From: an uncultured Actinomycetota bacterium
GTDB lineage: Bacteria > Actinomycetota > Actinomycetes > CAVWCF01
Reading direction: 5' to 3'
Length of the DNA stretch: 64,000 nt
Assembly: GCA_963753435.1 (NCBI GenBank)
Contig: CAVWCF010000001.1
Span: 928,001 to 992,000 of the forward strand
Part shown: positions 1-9,141 of the stretch, one piece after another
Layout: each line of letters begins with the position of its first letter
Numbering within the stretch: the stretch's first letter is position 1
Position numbers and translations under genes: made by a program
The notes under the pieces: model-generated
Told to the model about the DNA's origin: nothing
Databases searched by the model: none
The model's input: only the letters and a program-made list of their open reading frames with translations

Positions 1-565
1 CCGGGGTGCCGGTCACGGCTAGTGGGGCGCCGACAACGATCCCGGCGGCGGCATCGCGGACACCGCCGAACGTGATGGTGGAGTAGGCGTAGCTCTGTAC
101 CTGGCTGGCGCGAACGGCCTCGCGCAACTCCTCCGGGACTGAGTCCGAAAGCACCAGGTTCGACCCACGCTCAGGGGCGCCCGACGACTCCGTCGACAAC
201 AGCAGCACTTCGAACAGCGGCGGCTGTCCGGCCCGGTCGGCCAGATCCGTGGCGATCTGATCGACGAGCAGGTCGAGGCTGGCGGCGTCAGTGCGGTCCG
301 CGGCGTCCACCAATGCCTGCGCCTGGGTCAGTCCGGCGCGCGCGGTGTCCAGACTCTGGCGCTCCTTGGCCTGCAGCAAGCCGGTCTGCACCCGGGTCAG
401 CAGCACCTGCCCGAGGACCAGCACGACCACCACGCTCAGCCCCACGGCAGCGGCCACGACGCGGATAGTGAGCGATCGACGCCACAAGGACGTCACCCGC
501 GCCAGCAGACCGGCGGTCCCCGGGGAGATCCATCGTGTCGGGCCGTCCCCCGAGCGAGCCGCCAT
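1..565 (-). CDS. mtrB: MtrAB system sensor histidine kinase MtrB (N-terminal part; runs off the window edge)
   Basis: Hand-translated minus frame starting at ATG 565, which overlaps the mtrA stop (TGATG): MAARSGDG...VTSLWRRSLTIRVVAAAVGLSVVVVLVLGQVLLTRVQTGLLQAK. This matches the WRRSL-x-RVV + TM start of MtrB, directly downstream of mtrA. It is absent from the ORF track because it is truncated. Confidence 0.85.
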   Translation of the reverse strand, partial: MAARSGDGPTRWISPGTAGLLARVTSLWRRSLTIRVVAAAVGLSVVVVLVLGQVLLTRVQTGLLQAKERQSLDTARAGLTQAQALVDAADRTDAASLDLLVDQIATDLADRAGQPPLFEVLLLSTESSGAPERGSNLVLSDSVPEELREAVRASQVQSYAYSTITFGGVRDAAAGIVVGAPLAVTGTP

Positions 566-1275
566 CAACTCGAACGCGCCGAGGTCTCCGTCGGCGCTGC
601 TGCCTTGTAGCCGACCCCGCGCACGGTCAGGACGAGCGCGGGGTGCTCGGGGTCATGCTCGACCTTGGCGCGCAGTCGTTGGACGTGGACATTCACCAGC
701 CGGGTGTCGGCCGCATGCCGATAACCCCAAACCTGCTCAAGCAGCACTTCGCGGGAGAAGACCTGACCGGGCTTGCGCGCCAGCGCGAGCAGCAGGTCGT
801 ACTCCAACGGGGTCAAGTTGATCGAAACACCTTCCCTGCTGACCTCATGTCCGGCGACATCAATGGACAAGTCGCCGAGCGTGATCAGCTCCGAACCCGT
901 CGGACGGTCGCTGCGCAACCGCGCCCGCATCCGAGCGACCAGCTCCTTGGGCTTGAACGGCTTGACGATGTAGTCGTCGGCACCGCTTTCCAATCCGAGA
1001 ACCACGTCCACGGTGTCCGTCTTGGCCGTCAGCATCACGATCGGGATGCCGGACTCGGCTCGAATCTGCCGGCACACGTCGATGCCGTCGGTGCCGGGCA
1101 GCATCAGGTCCAACAGCACCAGGTCCGGCTGGGCGTCGCGGAAGGCGGCCAGCGCCTTGTCACCGTCCGCGCAGAAGGAGGGCGCGAAACCTTCCCCCCG
1201 CAGCACGATGCCGAGCATCTCCGCCAGGGCTGGGTCGTCATCCACCACGAGAACTCGTGCCTGCATGGCATTCAT
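565..1275 (-). CDS. mtrA: OmpR-family response regulator MtrA
   Basis: RVLVVDDDPALAEMLGIVL, DLVLLDLMLPG, MLTAKTDTVDVVLGLESGADDY, VWGYRHAADTRLVNVHVQRLRAKVE, TVRGVGY. Start trimmed to MNAMQ. Confidence 0.95.
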   Translation of the reverse strand: MNAMQARVLVVDDDPALAEMLGIVLRGEGFAPSFCADGDKALAAFRDAQPDLVLLDLMLPGTDGIDVCRQIRAESGIPIVMLTAKTDTVDVVLGLESGADDYIVKPFKPKELVARMRARLRSDRPTGSELITLGDLSIDVAGHEVSREGVSINLTPLEYDLLLALARKPGQVFSREVLLEQVWGYRHAADTRLVNVHVQRLRAKVEHDPEHPALVLTVRGVGYKAAAPTETSARSS

Positions 1276-1349
1276 GTTCCCACCCGATGCAAGCGCCGAC
1301 GCGCAACCGCCCCTGCCGCGCCGCCGCGAAGCCGTGTGAGGATCGCCCA

Positions 1350-2306
1350 ATGAGCCAGCCAACTCAGGCCTGGGGGCCTTGGCCGGACGGGGACGCCGGG
1401 GGCCAATGGCCGGCTTCGGACCGACCCGACCACCCCCCGGCCCAGGTCGACGGCGGCCGGCCGGTCGGGGAGATCCTCGAGGGCGCCATCAAGACGGTGC
1501 TGAGCGGACCCCGCGTGCTCGTCGGCGGTGCGTTGCTGGTGGTAGGCGGGGTACAGGCAATCGTGCTGGTGACGGTGTGGTTGCTGGCCGGCAATATCGA
1601 CTTCACCGACGCAAGCGTTACCGCTGCCGAAGTCGCACGACTGAGCGCGGCGGCAGCCGTGGCCGTACTCGGGTCCTGGACCGTGTCGGTTGCCATGACC
1701 GGGCTGGGGGCTGCCGCTGCCGCGGAGTGGACAGCAGGACGTCCGATCACGCTCGCGGCCGTAGCGCCGCGGATTCGACGACGGCTCGGGCGGCTGATCC
1801 TGGCGCTGATCGTCGCCGTCGGATTGCCGCTGGGCGTGGGGATCACCGTCGCTGCCGCGGCAGTGCTGCTGGCCATCACCGTCGGGGGGATCGCCGGCTC
1901 GCTGATCGGCGTGGTCGGGGTGTCCGTGGGGATCGGGGCTGGTCTGTGGCTGGCCATCCGGCTGGTGCTGTCCCCGGTCGCAGCCGTGCTGGGTTCGGCA
2001 GGCGCCGCCGTGGCGGTGCGCGAGTCGTGGGGCGTGACCCGGAGGCACTTCTGGCGCGTCCTGGGTTTCATCGTGCTCAACGTGCTACTTACGCAGACCG
2101 TCACCGCTGTCGTGGCCGCGCCCCTGGGCGTGATCGTGTCGGAGAACCCCGAGGCGTTCAGCGGCGCAGCGGTGATCGGCGGCGCGGTCACCTCTGCGGT
2201 GGCGGTGACGCTGACCGCCCCGTTCACCGCCTGCGTTACCGCTTTGCTCTTCCTGGACCTGCGGGACCGGAACGGATCGACTCAGCCGCGGCCATCCGTG
2301 GGCTAG
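1350..2306 (+). CDS. Integral membrane protein (Pro/Trp-rich N-terminus plus about 6 TM helices; glycerophosphodiester-phosphodiesterase membrane-domain-like)
   Basis: Hydrophobic segments, [18 protein letters not shown] and LLFLDLRDR motifs; typical of the membrane protein found beside mtrA. Confidence 0.65.
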   Translation: MSQPTQAWGPWPDGDAGGQWPASDRPDHPPAQVDGGRPVGEILEGAIKTVLSGPRVLVGGALLVVGGVQAIVLVTVWLLAGNIDFTDASVTAAEVARLSAAAAVAVLGSWTVSVAMTGLGAAAAAEWTAGRPITLAAVAPRIRRRLGRLILALIVAVGLPLGVGITVAAAAVLLAITVGGIAGSLIGVVGVSVGIGAGLWLAIRLVLSPVAAVLGSAGAAVAVRESWGVTRRHFWRVLGFIVLNVLLTQTVTAVVAAPLGVIVSENPEAFSGAAVIGGAVTSAVAVTLTAPFTACVTALLFLDLRDRNGSTQPRPSVG

Positions 2307-3736
2307 TAGCGGTAGTGCTCCGGCTTGTACGGCCCCTCCACCGGCAACCCGAGGTAGGCGGCCTGCTCCTTGGTCATCTCGGTCAGGCGAACACCCAGCG
2401 CCGGTAGGTGATACCGAGCAACCCGTTCGTCCAGGGTCTTCGGCAGCGTGTAGACGCCGAGGGGGTACGCGTCCGGACGCGTGAACATCTCGATCTGCGC
2501 GATCACCTGGTTGGTGAACGAGTTGCTCATCACGAAACTCGGGTGGCCGGTCGCGTTGCCCAGGTTCAGCAGACGTCCTTCGCTCAACACGATGACGGCG
2601 TGGCCGTCCGGGAAATGCCAGGCATCCACCTGCGGCTTGATGTTCTCGTGCCGGATCCCCGCCGTGGCAGCAAGGCCGGCCATGTCGATCTCGTTGTCGA
2701 AGTGCCCGATGTTGCCGACGATCGCCTGATGCTTCATCGCCGCCATGTGGGCAGCCGTGATGACGTCGCGGTTGCCGGTGGCAGTGATGAAGATGTCGGC
2801 CTTGTCCACAACATCATCGATCGTCAGGACCTCATAGCCATCCATGGCCGCCTGCAAAGCGCAGATGGGGTCGATCTCGGTGACCACGACCTTGGCGCCC
2901 TGACCACGAAGGGCGTCAGCGCACCCCTTGCCCACGTCGCCGTATCCGCAGACGACGGCGGTCTTGCCACCGATGAGTACGTCCGTTGCCCGGTTGATGC
3001 CGTCAAGCAACGAGTGTCGGCAGCCATAGCGGTTGTCGAACTTGCTCTTGGTGACGGAGTCGTTGACGTTGATGGCCGGGAACAGCAACTGCCCGTCGCG
3101 AAGCATCTGGTACAGCCGGTGCACGCCCGTGGTCGTTTCCTCGGTAACACCCCGCACACCGTCGGCGATCCGACTCCACTTGCCCGGGTCAACGCCCTGG
3201 GCTGCCCGGAGGACGTCAAGCACGACGCGGTACTCCTCGGAGTCATCGCTGGTCGGCTGCGGCACCTGCCCGGCCTTCTCGAACTCCACACCCTTGTGCA
3301 GTAGCAGGGTCGCGTCGCCGCCGTCGTCGAGGATCATGTTGGGCCCGGCGCCGTCCGGCCAGGCGAGGATCTGCTCGGTGCACCACCAGTACTCCGGCAG
3401 GGTCTCGCCCTTCCAGGCAAAGACCGGCACGCCGGCCGGCTGCTCCGGCGTACCGGAGCCCACGACCACCGCGGCGGCCGCCTGATCCTGGGTCGAGAAG
3501 ATGTTGCAGGAGGCCCAGCGGACCTCCGCCCCCAACGCCGTCAATGTCTCGATCAGCACCGCGGTCTGCACCGTCATGTGCAGGGATCCCGCGATGCGCG
3601 CGCCCGCGAGCGGCTTGGTGTCGCCCAGTTCGGCTCGCATTGCCATCAGGCCCGGCATCTCGTGCTCGGCCAACCTGATCTCCTTGCGGCCGAACTCGGC
3701 CAGAGCCAGATCTGCAACCTTGAAATCGAATCCCAC
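2303..3736 (-). CDS. ahcY: Adenosylhomocysteinase
   Basis: [71 protein letters not shown]; GGAGG RBS. Confidence 0.97.
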   Translation of the reverse strand: MGFDFKVADLALAEFGRKEIRLAEHEMPGLMAMRAELGDTKPLAGARIAGSLHMTVQTAVLIETLTALGAEVRWASCNIFSTQDQAAAAVVVGSGTPEQPAGVPVFAWKGETLPEYWWCTEQILAWPDGAGPNMILDDGGDATLLLHKGVEFEKAGQVPQPTSDDSEEYRVVLDVLRAAQGVDPGKWSRIADGVRGVTEETTTGVHRLYQMLRDGQLLFPAINVNDSVTKSKFDNRYGCRHSLLDGINRATDVLIGGKTAVVCGYGDVGKGCADALRGQGAKVVVTEIDPICALQAAMDGYEVLTIDDVVDKADIFITATGNRDVITAAHMAAMKHQAIVGNIGHFDNEIDMAGLAATAGIRHENIKPQVDAWHFPDGHAVIVLSEGRLLNLGNATGHPSFVMSNSFTNQVIAQIEMFTRPDAYPLGVYTLPKTLDERVARYHLPALGVRLTEMTKEQAAYLGLPVEGPYKPEHYRY

Positions 3737-3775
3737 CGGGACCTCCGCGTCGATGAACTGCCGAGAGCGTACGCG

Positions 3776-4891
3776 TTAGGGCTGGTCCGAGCTCACGATG
3801 AGGACCGTGCCGGAGCCGGAGACAGCCAGCCGGCCCGTGGCATCCGCATAGCCGGCCTGGCCGCGGGCCAGGCCAACGCCGTCAACTTCTACGTGCCCGT
3901 CGACGCAGAGCACCAGGGTCGCGCCACCGGCAGGCACAGCCAGTCCGGTGTTGGACGGCCGCGCGATGTGTACGCCGAACAATCCCTCATGGGCGGTCAG
4001 GGATTCCAGACCCGGGGTCTGCGTCCGCGGCCGCTGCACGCTCCATTCGGCGTCGGGCCGCAAGACCTGCAGCAGCGCTGGCACGTCGACGTGCTTGCTG
4101 GTGAGGCCGCCGCGCAGCACGTTGTCGCTGGCACCCATCACCTCCACACCCGATCCGGCCAGATAGGCGTGCAGCACTCCCGGGCGCAGTACCAACGCCG
4201 AACCGGAGTCCAGCCGGACCAAGTTCAGCAGCAGCGCAGCCAGCAGCCCCCGGTCACCCGGGTAGCTCTGGCCGATCCGCGCCAACCAGCCGCACTCCGC
4301 CGCCCAAGGGCTAGTGGCAGCGACTGCCGCGGCGGCGGTCGCAACCTCACCGGGCACCGACGCCGGAGCGAACTCAAGACTCCACCGCAGGGAGTCGGCA
4401 AGGACGTCGTCGGCCGGGCCGGGACCAGTTGCAGACAGCAGTTGCTGCAGAGGAGCCAGGGCCGGCACTTCCAGTTCCCCCAGCAGGTCAACCGTCGCGG
4501 CGGGGTTACGGAACCCGCACAGCGCCTCGACGGGTGTCAGGGCCCAGAGCAGTTCCGGCTTGCCGTGCCGGTCGCGGTAGTTGCGCTCGGCCGCGTCCCG
4601 CGGAATGCCCAAAGCTTCTTCCGCCGCGAAGCCCGCAGTCGCCTGGTCCCGATCCGGGTGCGTCTGGATGGACAACGGTTCCGCCGCCGACAACACCTTG
4701 ACCAGGAACGGCAACTCGCCCGCCACCTCGGCGAGCGCGCGGCCGTCCCGAAGCCGCGATGGGTGCGCCGGATGCGTCCCCAGCCACAACTCCGCCCATG
4801 GTCGCCCGTCGGGGTCGCTGCCGAGAAGCCGTGGCAGGAAGTCCGGGCTACCCCACTGGTAGTGGGCGACCTCGCCCGATATCAGATGCAC
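3776..4891 (-). CDS. manA: Mannose-6-phosphate isomerase, class I
   Basis: YQWGS, AELWLGTHP, LPFLVKVLSAAEPLSIQTHP, NYRDRHGKPEL, LHAYLAG, EVMGASDNVLRGGLTSKHVD. Confidence 0.93.
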   Translation of the reverse strand: MHLISGEVAHYQWGSPDFLPRLLGSDPDGRPWAELWLGTHPAHPSRLRDGRALAEVAGELPFLVKVLSAAEPLSIQTHPDRDQATAGFAAEEALGIPRDAAERNYRDRHGKPELLWALTPVEALCGFRNPAATVDLLGELEVPALAPLQQLLSATGPGPADDVLADSLRWSLEFAPASVPGEVATAAAAVAATSPWAAECGWLARIGQSYPGDRGLLAALLLNLVRLDSGSALVLRPGVLHAYLAGSGVEVMGASDNVLRGGLTSKHVDVPALLQVLRPDAEWSVQRPRTQTPGLESLTAHEGLFGVHIARPSNTGLAVPAGGATLVLCVDGHVEVDGVGLARGQAGYADATGRLAVSGSGTVLIVSSDQP

Positions 4892-4923
4892 GGGTGCTCA
4901 CCAGCCGTGACCGCGAGCGCTGC

Positions 4924-5127
4924 TCACTCCGCCGCCACGTCGACTCCGACGCCGTTGGGGCCAGGAGTCGCCTCCTCCAGCAGCATGACGGGGATGCCGT
5001 CGCGGATGGGAAACGTTGTCGCGCACACATCACAGGTGATGACCGCCGCTGCTTCATCGGCAGTCACCGGGGCGTGGCGCTGGCACGGGCAGGCCAGCAC
5101 TTCCAGGAGGACCGGATCCAGTGCCAT
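4924..5127 (-). CDS. Trm112-family small protein
   Basis: LDPVLLEVLACP ... FPIRDGIPVMLLEEA; conserved position after the phosphomannomutase. Confidence 0.9.
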   Translation of the reverse strand: MALDPVLLEVLACPCQRHAPVTADEAAAVITCDVCATTFPIRDGIPVMLLEEATPGPNGVGVDVAAE

Positions 5128-5128
5128 G

Positions 5129-6478
5129 TCAGGAATCCTCCCCCACCAAATCGAGCACCCGGTCGCGAATACCGGCCATGGTTGCCTCGTCCACCCCTTC
5201 GACGTTCAAGCGCAGCAGCGGCTCGGTGTTACTCGGGCGCAGGTTGAACCACCAGTCTTCAGCCGTCACCGTAAGACCGTCGAGATCGTCGATCTGCTCG
5301 CCGCTGAACTGCGCTGCCACCGCCTGCTGGGTGCCACCCGCATCTGCGACCCGGCGATTGATCTCGCCGCTGGCCGAGTAGCGCTGGAACTGCGCGAACA
5401 CCTCAGACGCGGCGCCGGCTCGGCCCACGGCCGCGATGGCGTGCAGCGCGGCCAGCATGCCGGAGTCGGCGCGCCAGAAGTCACGGAAGTAGAAGTGCCC
5501 GGAGTGCTCGCCACCGAAAACGGCTCCGGTTTCGGCCATCAACGCCTTGATGAACGAATGCCCCACGCGGCTGCGTACCGGCTGGCCCCCGTTCTCGGTG
5601 ACGATCTCGGGCACCGCTCGGGACGTGATCAGGTTGTGAATGATGCTGGCCCCAGGGTGTCGCTTCAGTTCGGCTACCGCGATGAGCGCCGTCAGCGTGC
5701 TCGGTGACACGATCGCGCCGGTCTCGTCGATGACGAAGCAGCGGTCGGCGTCGCCGTCGAAGGCCAGCCCGAGGTCAGCGCCGCCGGCCACCACTGCCTG
5801 CCGCAGATCGACCAGGTTGGCCGGGTCGATCGGGTTCGCCTCGTGGTTGGGGAAACTGCCGTCCAACTCGAAGTACATGGCTTCGACGTCCAGTTGCGGG
5901 ACCGAGCCGAGCACCGCGGGCACCGTGTGCCCAGCCATGCCGTTGCCGGCGTCCACGACCACCCGCAGCGGACGAATGCCGTCAAGGCTGACGAGGCCGA
6001 GCAGGTACTTCGCGTAGTCGCCGAGGACATCCCGGTGGCTGGTGGTGCCGGGCGTCGCGGCAGTCGGCGGCAAGGAACCTGATTCGACCATCCGCCGCAG
6101 GTCCGTCAGCCCCGAGTCCTGCCCGATCGGGGCCGCGCCCTTACGACATAACTTGATCCCGTTGTACTTGGCCGGGTTGTGACTGGCGGTGAACATCGCG
6201 CCGGGCAGGTCCAGGTGGCCGGAGGCGAAGTACAACTGGTCCGTTGCCGCCAGGCCGATGTGCACGACGTTCTTGCCCCGGCTGGCGACTCCAGCAGCAA
6301 AAGCTTCAGCCAACTGTGGAGATGTGGGCCGCATGTCCTGGCCGATGACCACCGCCTCGGCATCCGGAATCAGCGCGGTGAATGCCGCCCCGAGCTGCTC
6401 GGCGAGGTCGGCGTCCCAGTCGTCGGGGACAACGCCCCGCACGTCGTAGGCCTTGATCAGGTGCGACAGGTCGGACAC
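5129..6478 (-). CDS. manB: Phosphomannomutase/phosphoglucomutase
   Basis: KAYDVRG, TASHNP (catalytic Ser), DGDADR (metal loop), GGEHSGH, RPSNTEPLLRLNVE. Confidence 0.93.
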   Translation of the reverse strand: MSDLSHLIKAYDVRGVVPDDWDADLAEQLGAAFTALIPDAEAVVIGQDMRPTSPQLAEAFAAGVASRGKNVVHIGLAATDQLYFASGHLDLPGAMFTASHNPAKYNGIKLCRKGAAPIGQDSGLTDLRRMVESGSLPPTAATPGTTSHRDVLGDYAKYLLGLVSLDGIRPLRVVVDAGNGMAGHTVPAVLGSVPQLDVEAMYFELDGSFPNHEANPIDPANLVDLRQAVVAGGADLGLAFDGDADRCFVIDETGAIVSPSTLTALIAVAELKRHPGASIIHNLITSRAVPEIVTENGGQPVRSRVGHSFIKALMAETGAVFGGEHSGHFYFRDFWRADSGMLAALHAIAAVGRAGAASEVFAQFQRYSASGEINRRVADAGGTQQAVAAQFSGEQIDDLDGLTVTAEDWWFNLRPSNTEPLLRLNVEGVDEATMAGIRDRVLDLVGEDS

Positions 6479-6503
6479 GCGCCGGAGCGTAGTGCCGGTG
6501 GTG

Positions 6504-6731
6504 CTACTGCTTGCGCGTGCGCTGCAGCACCTCTTCGACCTCGAGCTCGCCGTCCGGGCCGACCCAGGCGCGGTGTTCGCACTGGCGGCAGGAGACGAAG
6601 GTGACCTCGGTCCCGTCGGTCAGGGTCATCCCAAGAACGGTCGTTCGCGAACTCCGGCAGGCACCGCAGACAGCGGGTGTGGACGTGACTACGACCGAAC
6701 CAAGGGGTTCGTCGCGTTGCTTGGTTGCCAT
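6504..6731 (-). CDS. Small zinc-ribbon protein (75 aa, CxxC...CxxC)
   Basis: GGAGGTG RBS before ATG 6731; CGAC and CRQC pairs separated by a beta-hairpin-like LTDGTEVTFVS. Confidence 0.7.
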   Translation of the reverse strand: MATKQRDEPLGSVVVTSTPAVCGACRSSRTTVLGMTLTDGTEVTFVSCRQCEHRAWVGPDGELEVEEVLQRTRKQ

Positions 6732-6780
6732 GGGCACCTCCGGGGGAAGACGGACGGTACGGGTCGGTTTGCGGACTGAA

Positions 6781-7137
6781 TCAGTCGGATCTTGGTGGGA
6801 CCACGCGAAGGTGTCCGCGCCGCCCCGTCGCCGGTGCGAGGGTTGCGGTCTCGGCTTCCTCAGCGGCACCGCCGGCCTCCCGGACGGCGTCGGCCAGCGC
6901 GAGCAGGTCATCGGTGCTGGGCAGCAACGAGTCCGGGTCGGGGGCCTGTCGCAGCACCTCCCACCCGCGTGGGGCGGTGAGGCGGTCCGAATGCTCCGCG
7001 CACAGGTCATAGCAGTGCGGTTCGGCATAAACCGCCAGCGGACCCAGCACGGCGGTCGAGTCGGCGTAGACGTACGTGAGCGTCGCAACCGCTGAACCAC
7101 GGCAACCCGGTCGCGAACAGCGACGCGCAGAACTCAC
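6781..7137 (-). CDS. DUF3499 family protein
   Basis: RRCSRPGCRGSAVATLTYVYADSTAVLGPLA, CYDLCAEH, APRGWEV, DDLLALADAVREA, RRGHLRV; TACGGT 6 nt before GTG 7137. Confidence 0.88.
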   Translation of the reverse strand: MSSARRCSRPGCRGSAVATLTYVYADSTAVLGPLAVYAEPHCYDLCAEHSDRLTAPRGWEVLRQAPDPDSLLPSTDDLLALADAVREAGGAAEEAETATLAPATGRRGHLRVVPPRSD

Positions 7138-7203
7138 GGGCGAACCGTATTCCGCATCCGCCATCAAGCCGGATCGCCACGCCGGGCGACTTAGTGTGTG
7201 AGC

Positions 7204-7614
7204 GTGATCCGGTGGCTGCGACCCCGCCCGGTGGTGCGTCGCCGCGACCGGCGCGGGCGTGGCCTGCGCGGGCCGCTGGCGCCGCCCCAGGTTCCGATCG
7301 CGGCGACTCGGGCCGAGGGGTTCGACGACCTGGTCGGGGACGCGATCGTCGTCGCTAGACAACGGTTGGCGGCAGCCGGAGTGGACCGGCCCCTGCAATC
7401 GGTGCGAATCCGGGTCGACGAGGTACCGCCGGAGGGCACTGGCCTGGCCGCGGCACGGTCCGGCAACCCGGCAGAACTGACCGTCTTCCGGCGCCCGATA
7501 GAGGCCCGGTCCGCGCCTGGGCGCGATCGGGCTCGGCTGGTGCGCGAGGTGGTGCTTGAGCAGGCCGCGACCCTTTACGGCCTGCCGCCGGACGCACTGA
7601 CGGACGGTGATTGA
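7204..7614 (+). CDS. Zincin-like 'metallopeptidase family' protein (no intact HExxH)
   Basis: RRRDRRGRGLRGPL, FDDLV, VDEVPP, VFRRPIEAR, LVREVVLEQAA; divergent from DUF3499 as in other actinobacteria. Confidence 0.75.
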   Translation: MIRWLRPRPVVRRRDRRGRGLRGPLAPPQVPIAATRAEGFDDLVGDAIVVARQRLAAAGVDRPLQSVRIRVDEVPPEGTGLAAARSGNPAELTVFRRPIEARSAPGRDRARLVREVVLEQAATLYGLPPDALTDGD

Positions 7615-7689
7615 CCAGCAACGACTGACCAGAGGCGACCGGCTACCGGCTGGAGCTGCGCCGACTCGGACTCGCCGCGACCGGATCGG

Positions 7690-9141
7690 CTAGCGCCCAG
7701 ACCGCCCAGCGGCCGGGTCGGCCGGTGCCGCGGGCAGCGTTACCGAGTCGGGTCTGCTCGTAAGCGGAACGGCCGCCACAAACACGGAGTCGTTGACCGC
7801 GACCGACGAGAGCCGCGCCACGTGGACCGGTTCGGGCCCAGCGGTGACCAGGATCGAGTAGGCGCCGGCCGGTGGCGCAACGCTCAACGTGGCCGCGCTT
7901 CGGGTGGCCACCTTCAACTGCGACGTCGTGCGCCGCCCCTCAGCGTCCACAACCGTGACTTCGACAGTTGTCGCGTCCCCGGGTGCGATCACCGACAACC
8001 GGGCGGCCACGTCGGGCGTGTTCGTCGGGGCCGCGGCTTCGCCGACCAGCGCCGGGGTTGCGGTTGCGTAGGCGAAGTCCTGCGGCGTGCCACCGGCACG
8101 CAACCGCACACCCGCGAGCACTGGCTCATCGGCCGTAACCAGGAGCCCGACGTCGGCCCGCCCCACCAACTCGGTCAGCGAGGCCGCGACCAGCCCACCG
8201 GCCGGGACCTCTACCGCCTCAAGTCCTACTGGGATGAATGCGCCGTCGGCGGCGACAACTTCGACCTGGACACTCGCGGTTCGCTCGCCCGGCGCGGCGA
8301 GCAGCAGCTCCGACTCGCCGTCCGGCAAAGCGAACACGCCTGGCACTACCAAGGTGGTGGCCGGCACCGCCGCTGGCGGGACCCAGTCGATCCCCTGCGG
8401 CTCAGCGCCGCGGATCGACAGGTCGAACAGACCGGCCGAAACCCGACCGCTGCGAGCGGTGACATGCAGAGCGAGCGCCGGTTGCCCCGGGGCCAGTTGG
8501 TCCATCCGCACGCTGGCGCGCCCGCCCCCGGGTACCGGCACACCCTGACCTGCCACCGGCTCGGCCAGCCCCGCGGGCGTGAACAGTCGGATGTCGACCG
8601 CCGCAGCGGTCGGGTCCGGGTTGACCAGTTCCAGCACTGTGCGCCGCCCCACGTCGGAACCGCCACCCACGAACCAGAACTCCGTGCTCGCCGCGGGACA
8701 GACCAACTCCGCCAAGCCGACCGCGTCACCAGCACCGGATCGCGAAACCTGCGTCACGGTCAAGCCGGCAGCTCCACCTTCGGTCCCAAGGACGCCGGTC
8801 ACCTGCGACTGCGGCACCCAGGCCCGCAACGGCCGATCGGCGTCGGAGCTGGCGGTGGCAGTGAATCCGGCGCCGGACTCGGTGGCCGGCTCCTCGGTCC
8901 CGGGCGCTAGCGCGCCCAGGGAGATCGTTCCGGGGGTCGTTCCGGTCGTCGCCAGGGCCCCGACACCGGACTGGCCGGGGCCGGGGGCGCAGTAGGCGCT
9001 GGCCGCTGCCAGCGGCTCGGTGACGGGCTGGGCCGTCGGCGTGACCGCCGGCACCGTCGCCGCGGCCATGACGAGCAGCAGGAGACCGCCGGCAACCGCG
9101 CTTACGCGCACCAACGGATCGCGGCTGGCGGGGGCGGTCAT
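7690..9141 (-). CDS. Secreted beta-rich protein (DUF5719-like)
   Basis: N-terminal signal/TM, CAPG, WFVGGGS..GRRTVLELVNPD; ATGA overlap with the upstream GT2; conserved position after whiB-GT2. Confidence 0.7.
   Translation of the reverse strand: MTAPASRDPLVRVSAVAGGLLLLVMAAATVPAVTPTAQPVTEPLAAASAYCAPGPGQSGVGALATTGTTPGTISLGALAPGTEEPATESGAGFTATASSDADRPLRAWVPQSQVTGVLGTEGGAAGLTVTQVSRSGAGDAVGLAELVCPAASTEFWFVGGGSDVGRRTVLELVNPDPTAAAVDIRLFTPAGLAEPVAGQGVPVPGGGRASVRMDQLAPGQPALALHVTARSGRVSAGLFDLSIRGAEPQGIDWVPPAAVPATTLVVPGVFALPDGESELLLAAPGERTASVQVEVVAADGAFIPVGLEAVEVPAGGLVAASLTELVGRADVGLLVTADEPVLAGVRLRAGGTPQDFAYATATPALVGEAAAPTNTPDVAARLSVIAPGDATTVEVTVVDAEGRRTTSQLKVATRSAATLSVAPPAGAYSILVTAGPEPVHVARLSSVAVNDSVFVAAVPLTSRPDSVTLPAAPADPAAGRSGR

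Noticed and set aside
288-533. 81-aa minus-strand ORF downstream of mtrA
   Set aside because: It is an alternate frame of mtrB, whose frame begins at 565.
3737-3775. Possible SAH riboswitch upstream of ahcY
   Set aside because: The gap is only 39 bp and holds a TACGCT hexamer and an RBS; there is no room or recognisable aptamer.
3578-5707. 709-aa plus-strand ORF and many other long antisense or alternate-frame ORFs (e.g. 13281-14648, 26468-27823, 28089-29669, 30385-31893, 33592-34905)
   Set aside because: Shadow ORFs of high-GC genes: they overlap motif-supported CDSs, are Arg/Gly/Pro/His-rich, and show no family motifs.
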